The notes beneath the pieces were generated by a model that worked only from the letters and a program-made list of their open reading frames with translations, searched no databases and had not been told where the DNA came from. From NCBI GenBank assembly GCA_016748015.1, contig JAAOMT010000697.1, positions 1,247,308 through 1,311,307 of the forward strand: a stretch of 64,000 nucleotides of DNA, given 5' to 3'. Below are positions 54,501 to 64,000 of the stretch, piece by piece. This DNA is from Geosiphon pyriformis uo1. Taxonomy: Eukaryota > Fungi > Glomeromycota. Numbering within the stretch: position 1 is the stretch's first letter; every line of letters starts with the position of its first letter. The translations under genes and the position numbers were made by a program.

Positions 54501-56861
54501 TTGTTTATTTTCTATTATCTTTATATATATTAAAAAAACTAATATAAAAAATATTTATTAGTAAACTCTTTGAGCACATTAATATTTACCTCTTTTTTTT
54601 AAATTATTTCTACAAATTCTCTTAAATTTATTACAGTTAATTCAAAAAAACAATATCTTATTTATATAGATTAATTAGTAATTTTTTTTTTTTTTTGTGT
54701 TATATTTTTTTATATTGTCAGTTTTGTTCTAACTTTTATATTGTTTAATTTTATTTTAGATATTATTTATAAAATTACTGCTCTTTTTAATATTAAAAAA
54801 TTAAATAATTCTGAATATATTGTCTTTAATTTTTATTAAAAATAAATATTTGTAAATGATTGTAATTTGTTATTTTTTTTCCAATATGTTAAAAAAAATA
54901 AAACTTTTTGTTAAAATGTTTTTTACAAGTTTTTTTCTGTAATTAGTTAAACTAAATAAGTTTTTACTAAAAAATTATTAAAAATTCCAAAAATTTCATA
55001 TTATAAAGATTTATGTATATATAATAATAATATTAAAACAAAAAAATTAACAATTTCTTTATTAAATCTTTTTTATTTAATAAAAATTAAATAATTTTAA
55101 TAATTAGTAATTTAATATTTAAAGTAAATTTTTTCTAATATAAATTACAACAATAATTTACTATTTAAATTTATAAATTAATATTTATTTTATTAAAATC
55201 ATTTATTTTTAAATATTAAAGAGATTTATTCAAAAATTTAACTACATTAAAATAATAGTTTTTAATTATAGCTATTAATAAAATACTAATTTTATTATTT
55301 TTTTCATCTTTTAGTTTTGTTTTATTTTGTTGTTAAGATAAATTAATTAAAAAAAAGTGCTAAAATTACAATATTAAAAATTATTTGGTAAAAAATACAA
55401 GAATAAATATAAAATTAAAGTATTAATATTAAAATTGCTTACCAAAAAATAATAAATACTAAAATAAATTGGTATTTATATTAATGTTATAAGTTATTAA
55501 ATATTACTAACAGTTATTACTTAATACTTTATATTTTATAATAATTTTAACCAGTTAAAGTTTTAGATATATTAAAATTTAAAAATTTAATTACAAAATT
55601 TAACTAATAATTAAACTATATATTAATTTTTACTATGTTATAACAATAATAAAAACTACAATTATTTCGAAAATTAATTTTTAATTATTGTTTTTAAATT
55701 AATTATTATTATTATTATAAACAAAACACATTAAAATTAATTGTAAATTATAATTAAGTTAACAATAATTAAAAAATTAATATTAAAACTTTGATTGCTA
55801 ATTTCAAACTTGAACTATAAATTTTTAACTTAATAAAAACAATATTAATTATTTTAGTATTATTTTTTAATATTTTAATTATAAGTATAACAATTATAAA
55901 TTATTTATTAGTCATAATTATAGAAATTATTATAATTACAGCAATTACTTTAACAACAATTTTTGGTTCAAGTACTAAATAGTAATTTAAATTTAAGAAG
56001 TATATAACAAAGCTAAAAATTAACAATTTTTACTCATTAAAAAATTTTAATAATATTAACTAACAACAAAAAAACCATGCCAAAAATTTGACAAATTTAC
56101 AATCTTAATTTCTAAATTCCTAAATTTATTTATGTCTTCTTATTATGTCTAATAACTAATATATTACTAGAAATTTAAAACACAATATATTTAATAATAA
56201 TATTTTATTAACTACAATTATAAAAAATGATATCTTAATAACAATTTTTTTAATTTAAATAAAGAATACAGCAAATTATTATTTAATAAAATAGTTTTTA
56301 ACATTAAAAAACCACTCTCTTCTTCTTAATAATAATTCTCTTCAGCATGCTGACAGAAACGTTTTTTTTTGGATTCAACTTTAAAAGTATTTTCAAAAGG
56401 GTCATCACCAAAAAAGAACTAGGAAGTAGAGTGTTAAATATGTTGTACTTATGGTCAATAAGGCATTATAATCAAATTAGCTGATTATTCTCTTGCTGTA
56501 GATACCCAATCAAAATAAGGAGCTCGCCTTTAAAGAAATTTCTATAATTAAAAAGAAGCCCTCTTTTAAAAGTTCAGACTTGCACTTAAAAAAGTTACTA
56601 TAATATACACAACAAAATAATATTTAGAGAGATTCCATTCAAAGTTTAAAAGTAAAAAAGTTCACAATAATTGATATTATTTATAGTTTAGATGTGTTAT
56701 TATAGGAATTGACAACAGTGTATTAAAAAGTTAATAAATTTTATGGAATTATTTAATGCTTTTTTACCATCTAACATAGTTATTTTAAATTTATAATGAA
56801 TAAATAATTAGTTGAATCATTTTTCTAAATTTAATTCGAGAAAAACTTCTTAATATTATTT

Positions 56862-57854
56862 GGGAATTGCTAAATCAACCCACCCGCAACATGTGATATC
56901 ATTTACGTCATAGGGAACATATTAACGAGTTTATAATCAAAGAGCTCTAGAATAAACTTAATAAGTTTCTTTTGATTTTACAAGTAATTACATCTTTTTA
57001 TTAAATTACAGATTATATTCATATAATGTTACTACCTCCAGAAACATCATATAGCTCTTGTGAGATGATACAAAGTCTTAATACCTTTACATATTCCCAA
57101 GGATATGTAGTTACAAAATGATGCTCTGCTGCTAATGGTACTTGTATTATCTTCAAATGTGATCGGAGAAATGAATATAATGCTTCTAAAAGACTTTTAT
57201 TAGAAGATCAACAATAAAAAACAGCAATTTGATTAACAAACTGCCCTTTTACTGTATATAGACGATTACTCAAAGCTGATGAATGCTGGCATTTAACAAT
57301 TCGCAATGCTGAACATAATCATGAGCCATCTGATAATATTGCTGGACATCCTACTTAAATCCAAACAGAAAGTATTAGTTTCACAAATATTAAGTGCAAG
57401 CATTACACCAAAGGCAATTTGAATAATATTATGACAGGAAGATCTTGAACAACATGCAATTTCAAAGACTATTTATAATAAATAGGCACATTTTCGAAAA
57501 ATAGATTCAATTAATTTAACTGTTTTAAATTGCTTTAAACAAAATATTGCTCATCAAGAATCATCTATTCAATGAAATTTATACTAATTTGAAATTGTTG
57601 AAAATGTTTCTTCTCAAATTCAAGTATGTAAATGTAAAATTTGTAAGAAACAAGACCATAATATTCAGATCTGTCCACAACAAAATGTTTTTTAATTATA
57701 AAACACTATAATTACTTAAGGCATAATAAAAAATTTAATATATAATCTATATTCAATTTTATATAAGAAAAAGTTATTTTTTATTTTAATTAAACTAATA
57801 TTTTATATATATATTAATATCACGTGTTACGAGTGGGTCGATTTAGCAATTTCT
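56862..57854 (+). mobile_element. Internally deleted Mutator-like element (993 bp) with ~39-bp TIRs
   Basis: Left GGGAATTGCTAAATCAACCCACCCGCAACATGTGATAT; the right end is its reverse complement (ATATCACGTGTTACGAGTGGGTCGATTTAGCAATTTCT). The internal frame from 57026 has a FAR1/WRKY-like DBD (FKCDR...NCPF...HNH) and a C-terminal CKICKKQDHNIQIC knuckle. No DDE core. Confidence 0.88.
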
Positions 57855-60850
57855 TAACTTAATTTTAAAATATTGTTTAAATAAAAATAATATATATAAA
57901 TAAGTTTTTTAATTACTAAAAAAAACTTTTATTATAAATAAAATATTAAAAAATAAATTATATATTTTGTAAACCAATAAAAAACAATTTTTTATAATTA
58001 ATTTGTACATAATATTAGATTTAAAAAATATTACAAATAATTTAATTAATTGTCTGTTGTAATAATATTAGCTTTAATAATCAACAAAAAATCAGAAATA
58101 AATAAATATATTATCTTTAAAACTAAAACATTATTAATTAATATAAACAATTATTTTATAAATCAAACCATTTTAAAACATTCTTAATACTTTTTATAAT
58201 TACTAAACAATTAGTTATTTAAATGCTACTTTAACTATTAAAAATCAGACCATAATAATTAATGTAATAGATATATATATATATTGTTTTTAAAAAACAG
58301 CTATTAAAATAAATAAACTAATAATAAATTAAATATTATATAATTTTTTAATATACTTGGAAAAATACTTAAAAAAAATTTTTTATTAATAAAAACTTGT
58401 TATATAAAAAACAATTTAGAATTTAAAAATGTTTAAATAAAATTATAAAACTTTTAAAATTTTTAAAAAAACAACTTTAAATATTTAAATAAAAATCTTA
58501 AAAATTATATATACTTAAATATTTTAATAATGTTAACTATTATTAAAAAAGTCAAAACTTTTATATAAAAATTTGATTTTTTGGATTTAAAACTTATTTG
58601 ATCTTAATTTTTATATTTTATTAACAAAAAATAAATAAATTATTTTATTTTGAATTAAAAAATACAATTAATTAGATAATATAGTTTTATAAAAGCTTAA
58701 TTTTTTAGAAAAAAATAATATTATAATTAAAATTTATAGTTTTTATTAATTATTACATATATTAAACTATTTAATATTATATAATTAACTATTTTATTTT
58801 TAAATAAATTATTGATTTAATTACTAATTTAATTGTTAACTTAATTATTAATTTAATTACTAATTTAATTATTAATATCTTTTAGCAATTATATAAATAA
58901 TAAATTTTTTAATAATAAAAAACATTAAATAAATAAGATAAAATATTAAATTTAATAAAAAATAATTATTTATTAGATTTTATTGTATTTTATTACTTAT
59001 TTTTCTTTTAATTTTTTATTTTCACATATTTTATTTTTTTTGATTTATATAATTAGAATTAACTTATAAAAGTATTATTATTATTAACTTATTATTTAAA
59101 CTTATAATAATATTAATTTTTATTTTTTTTATTTTTTTAATTTAAAAATTGGTTTTTTATTAATTATTAAGTCGAATTTATTTAGTTTATATTATATACT
59201 TTTTAATTAAGCTTATTTAAAAACAATTTTAAATATTAAATAATAATATAAATTAAATAATATTTTTAATTATTTTAATAAATTATCTATTAAATTTGAA
59301 AGTTTAAATAATGAAATTTATAATTAAATAATAGTTTTTTAATTCATAAAATAAAACAAAAATAATAATAGAAAAATATAATATAAATAGCCAATAGCAG
59401 AGTATAAAATTATTAAAACATATAATATCAAAAAAAATATAAAATATAGTTAAAAAAACTAAAATTGTTTATTAGAAGAGTAAAGAACACCAGAATAATT
59501 TGATTACTATACAAAAAAGTTAAATATTAAGTATTATTAATCATTATATTAAATTTCTATCTATTATATAAAAAATTCTAACTTAAAATTTTCAAAAAAA
59601 TTTTCAGATCTATTATTAATCATATTAAGTACCAATTTATAAAAAATTTTATAAATCTAGAAATTATTTGTAATATTATAAACAAGAAATTATTAAATTA
59701 TTTTTATCTTTTAAATTTAATACTTAATATAATAATTTTTTTACATAATATAATATTATAAACAACAATATTTTGTTAGTTTTTAAAGCAATTTAAACAA
59801 TTTTTTTATTTTTATTTAAAGATAATATTCAAAATCTAATTAAATAATTAAAATTTTTTAAAAAAATTATGATTGTAAATTAATATAATAATAAACATAA
59901 ATTTTATTTTTTAACAAAAAAATTAAAAACTAATTTATTTATGTTTTGTAGTTTTTTGACAAAAAATAATATAATATTAAATATAACTGTTAAATTAACT
60001 CAAAAAATTAATAAATATATTTTAAACATTTTTTTTTTAATTTTTTAAATAGTTATTATTTTATTTACTATTTATGTTAGAATTCAAATGAAAAATTAAT
60101 AAATATATTAACAACAAATCTAGTATAATTTTTGAAATTATTAGTTTAAACTGTTTAAGCAAATTAAAAACTTTAAAAGCTTTAGTATTAATTCTGTTTT
60201 AATTAACAATAACAGTTTTAATATAATTAAAAACTCCTAAATCAAGATTTTTTAATCTTTTATTAATATAAAATTACTAGTCATATATTATAAATATAAT
60301 AGTTTTTTAAATTTCAGAAATAATAACCAATAAAATAATTTAGACTAAATTAATTTTTTTTAATTAAAACAACTAAATATTAGTTTTTAAACTAATAAGT
60401 ATACTTTTTCAAAATAAAAGTGTAATATAAAAAAAGAAAACTTTTTGTTTAGTTTTCAATAATTATTTGTGAAATTTACAACTTTTTAAGATAACTTATT
60501 TTGAAAAATATTGCTGTAAATAATTCCGATTTTTAAGTAACTTTTTAATATAATAAAGTGGTTATTAGAATTATAAAAATTATTAATTCCTTTAAACAAA
60601 TAAATATTTGGGATCAAAATTTTATGTTCTTTGTAAATTTGTTTATTTAATTTAAATATTTATTGAGTAATATTATTGGGAATTTTTTTATTTTTTTTTA
60701 ATGTTGTTAATATTATTTTGCTGTTAATTCTACTGTTAATATAAGTTGGTAAACTTTTGATAAACTAATTTATTTTTTCAAAGTATTTTTCTATACTTTA
60801 AACTGTGTCTGCTGTTGAGTTTATAATAGAATGTTCAATTTTTGGCCAAT

Positions 60851-61140
60851 TACTTTGTGGTAAAAGTCAACTTTTTTACAGAAAAATTTTATTTATAAGT
60901 TTTTTAAATAATATGTAGTCACTTTGTTGTAAAAGTCAACTTTTTTACAGAAAATTTTAACTGTAAACTACCCAATAATATAAAGAAAATAAAAGAAATA
61001 AATTAAAAAAAGATTAAAAAAAATGTGTTCAAGAAAATTGTTTCAGATCTAGATCTGAAAGTACCAAAAATACATTTCATTAAACTACAAGTTATTTCTG
61101 CAAACTATAAGTTATTTCTGTAAACTGTTAAGTATTTTAT
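60851..61140. repeat. Structured motif block: two ~40-bp direct repeats, a perfect 20-bp palindrome, and 3 x 20-bp tandem repeats
   Basis: ACTTTGT(G/T)GTAAAAGTCAACTTTTTTACAGAAAA twice, 69 bp apart. TTTCAGATCTAGATCTGAAA at 61041-61060. (T/C)AAACTA(C/T)AAGTTATTTCTG from 61081, with the third copy degenerate. Confidence 0.8.
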
Positions 61141-61409
61141 CGAATTTCTAAATATTTTGACGAATTTTGAATGTTATATAGTTCGATATATTGCATAATT
61201 TAATTATCACAATTTGGTTGTATTGTGTTCTGTATAAATCAGTTTATTAATTGAGTTAATTTGATATAATAATAAGTAATATTTTAATATAATATTTAAT
61301 AATAAGAATTATAAGAATTATAAAAATAATTTTATGCTATTTAATATCTCGAATTTCTGTTGATAATAGTGGTAATAGGTATTGGACAAGTATATGTGTT
61401 TTTAAAAAA

Positions 61410-63645
61410 ATGGCGAGAAAAAAAAATTTAAATGAATGTTTGGGATCAGAAGAATGGGTCATTAAATATTATGAAAATAATGAAGCTGTCTTTTCAGATA
61501 TATGTACACAATCAAAAGATGGAAGAGATGTAGTATTTATGTAAAAGGAAATAAAAATTGTAGATAGTAGAAAAAATGAGACAATAAATAATAAATTGAC
61601 TGTTAAATTATGTATATACTATTATTGTCTAAAAAATAGTGTCATTAATTTGAGATGATCAATGGACAGAGAAAATTTGTTAATACTTGGTGTTGTGAAT
61701 GTAAAAACTTGGGTTTAAATTTGCAAATAAAAAAGACAGAATTTGTTTTTCTAATTCTTATTAAAATAATCATGCACCATTACTTCGGAGTTGTTCTAAA
61801 ATTTATTCATAGCTTGCCAAAATTAGTGATATAAAAAGAGGCACAGAATTTATTCTTTATACAATTTTAAATGTTTATTTGATTTATTCTAAACCTAACT
61901 TATATACATATAACTTTTTATATATATATAATTAATAGTGTGTTGGCCCTCTATTTGCTTCCAATACTGCTTCAATTCTTTGTGGCATTGACAACCCATT
62001 TCAAAACTAACATATTATAACTTGAACATTCCTTCTTTAGAGCATTTTTAAGTTCCTTTATAGTTCTTGAAAAGTTTTCATGTTTTTGAATATTGTTCTT
62101 GATTATTTTCCACACATTTTTTATGGGTTTAGATCAGGAAAACTGGCTGGCCAATCCAAAATCTCAATGGTTTTTCTTTGAACCATTTTTTTGTAATTCT
62201 AGCATTATAAATAGGAGCATTGTCTTGTTGAAATATTAGATTTCTTGCTACTAAATCATAAGTAACAGTAAGAAATGGTAAAAAATTAGTTTCTATAATC
62301 TTAAGATATGTTTTTGCTGTAATCTTTTCCGTTTTTTTTTTGTATTCATCACAAAATGTCAATGGACCTCTAAGTTCTCCAACAATCTCCAAGCCATTAT
62401 TAATTGTCAACCACTATTAAAGCTAGGTGTTAAGCATTTAATATTATATCTTTCTTCTATATAATGCCATACTTTAACTTGTTGAGATTGTTTGCCAATT
62501 TCTACACTGGTTTTATTTGAAAAAATTACCCGTCTCTAAAAATAAAGATCTTTATTTTGATATTTTTTGCACCAAAGAATGCGTGCCTTTGCTTGTTTTT
62601 CTGAAATAAAAGGCTTTTTTGCTGCAATATAATCTCAAATGCCATGGTTAGAAAGTACTCAACGGGCTGTTGTTAAACTGCAATTAAGCTTCAAATCATC
62701 AACAATCTCTTGTAGTGGTTTACGTCATTTATTTTTAATTTTTCGTAAGAAAGCACTTTTTGTTTGGTTATTGAGAGCTGGTGGGGCATCCAGATTGTGG
62801 TAAATTTTCGATTTTCCCAGTCTTTTGATACTTGTTAATGAAACGTCATATTGTTGTGAGATTACGCTCCATTTTTTTTGTGATTTGCTCAGCATTCATT
62901 TCTTCGAGATATGTGAGAATTTTTCTTTTATCTTCAGCAGTTAATAAAGAACAAGTACGAAGCATATTTATTCTGATTTTTTTTCGCATAATGTTTGAGT
63001 AGGTAATGGAGAAGTAAACAAATATATTTTGGCCCAAAAAAGTAATAACAAGGGGGTAAACAAAATGTATATGTTTGGGTACTTTATTACACCAAAATCA
63101 GGCATTAATTTCGGAGGCAACTGTACTTGGTGCCCGTATTGTTGAAAAGAATCTGAAAGACTTGGTATTGGCTGTGCCAAAAAATTAATGTGTAATAAAA
63201 ATAGAGAATATCTATCTAATGCATATAATAATCTTAAAACACGTTTTCTTTGGAGATGTAATAAAGATCATGATTGGTATAGTACTTTTGCTAGTATAAA
63301 GTATTATAATACATAGTGTCCCTTCTGTTCGAAATATAAAGAGAATTTTATGTAAAGAGATTGTGTCAAAATATCTTGGACTGCCATCTAAAATACATTG
63401 AACTGATTTTCTTAAAACACCAGAATATCCTGCAGGATTAAAACTTGAAGTACAAGGAAAACAACATAAAAGATATATGTAAAATTTTTTCATAATGGTG
63501 ATCCCAATATTTTATCAAAGAACAGGATCAATTCAAGAAAAAGTTGTACAAAGAAAATTGGATTGTTTTAAGGTATATTTGGTATTATGAAGACTCACAT
63601 ATAGTTATTCCAGAACATCTTCGGGAATTGGGTCTTATTAAATAG
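61410..63645 (+). pseudogene. Zinc-ribbon-repeat + PD-(D/E)XK/Vsr-like endonuclease pseudogene, split by Tc1
   Basis: ATG 61410. Repeated NTWCCEC / PLLRSCSK..S*...IKRG|TWCPYC / FLWRCNKDHDW...NT*CPFC zinc-ribbon units. Nuclease-like tail ENLCKEIVSKYLG...DFLKTPEYPAGLKL-EVQGKQH...LRYIWYYED...LRELGLIK*, with TAG at 63645. Confidence 0.78.
61844..63123 (-). mobile_element. Tc1-family DNA transposon (DD34E-type transposase pseudogene 62965-61932)
   Basis: Transposase remnant: SG(R)PPAL, KKPFISEK, RRVIFSNKT (FSDE), FQQDNAP, WPASFPDLNP.(E)NVW, GPTHY*. The right end reads TA-CAGTTGCCTCCGAAATTAATG on the minus strand (63125-63101). The left end retains only CAG at 61844. Confidence 0.9.
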
Positions 63646-63782
63646 AATTAAAACTTTAGATGCATTTTTTTGTGACTCACTGACTATAATTTTATTTATC
63701 TGGAATTACACGAAAAATCGAATAAAAATTTCTCAGATACATATATTACATGTTAAAAATCAAAACAAAGTTATGTTTCTAT

Positions 63783-63895
63783 TAAAGATGTTAGCTGAAA
63801 TAAAGTTAATTTCGGTAACTATGAAAAACTATTTCAGCATTTCGGATTCGGGGACAATAATTTATTAAGAGATGCAATTTCAGCTAACATCTTTA
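63783..63895. mobile_element. 113-bp hAT-type MITE
   Basis: Perfect 19-bp TIRs TAAAGATGTTAGCTGAAAT (63783-63801) and ATTTCAGCTAACATCTTTA (63877-63895). Perfect 8-bp TSD GTTTCTAT (63775-63782 and 63896-63903). Confidence 0.92.
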
Positions 63896-64000
63896 GTTTC
63901 TATACATATGTCTGTGTTTTCAAAACATTGTAGCACAGTAGGTCAAATATTTTTTTCGTTAGCATCAATCAAGAAAACGATACATATATGTAAAAAATAT

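Noticed and set aside
54600-56720. 5' UTR + ORF1 of a minus-strand LINE
   Set aside because: A start-like MLKRIIIKKKRV at ~56349 is suggestive, but downstream sequence is too decayed for a supportable motif.
56850-57866. 9-11-bp TSD around the mini-Mutator
   Set aside because: The flanks TAATATTATTT and TAACTTAATTT match only partly in AT-rich DNA, so no TSD is claimed.
57860-60800. Gene or transposase in the extremely AT-rich tract
   Set aside because: Probably terminally eroded repeat DNA. No motif was recoverable by eye.
61775-61800. CATTACTTCGGAG as the left Tc1 TIR
   Set aside because: It has the same orientation as the right end, and it encodes PLL(W>R)SC of the zinc-ribbon repeat.
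1-64000. Alternative genetic code or stop read-through explaining the in-frame stops
   Set aside because: All three stop codons replace W, Q and R, and they co-occur with frameshifts, deletions and lost catalytic residues. This is mutation, not recoding.
1-64000. AT-rich bacterial endosymbiont or organellar DNA
   Set aside because: GT-AG introns, LINE/Gypsy/Tc1/MULE/hAT elements and very low coding density.

Overview
Very AT-rich eukaryotic DNA with GT-AG introns and no intact gene that I can support. The gene families present suggest an arbuscular-mycorrhizal-type (Glomeromycotina) fungus, possibly Geosiphon-like; this is inference only. The window is mostly decayed mobile elements and multigene-family pseudogenes. 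(1) 1-13.6 kb: a nest of two tail-to-tail RNase H-bearing LINEs and three Ty3/Gypsy pieces (LTRs, PBS, gag, integrase). (2) 14.6-50 kb: four Sel1-repeat/protein-kinase pseudogenes in two opposite domain orders, a fifth kinase fragment, a Crinkler-like REase-kinase pseudogene, and a 129/139-bp satellite with a higher-order period. (3) 50-64 kb: Mutator remnants, MITEs, and a zinc-ribbon/PD-(D/E)XK-like nuclease pseudogene split by a Tc1 element. Most of it is eroded by directional C>T/G>A mutation that is not confined to CpG. The best candidate for a novel system is the modular Sel1-kinase family: near-identical 108-nt repeats, variable copy number, hypervariable codons and module permutation, resembling fungal NLR-type receptors. 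Boundaries of decayed features are approximate and were read by eye.
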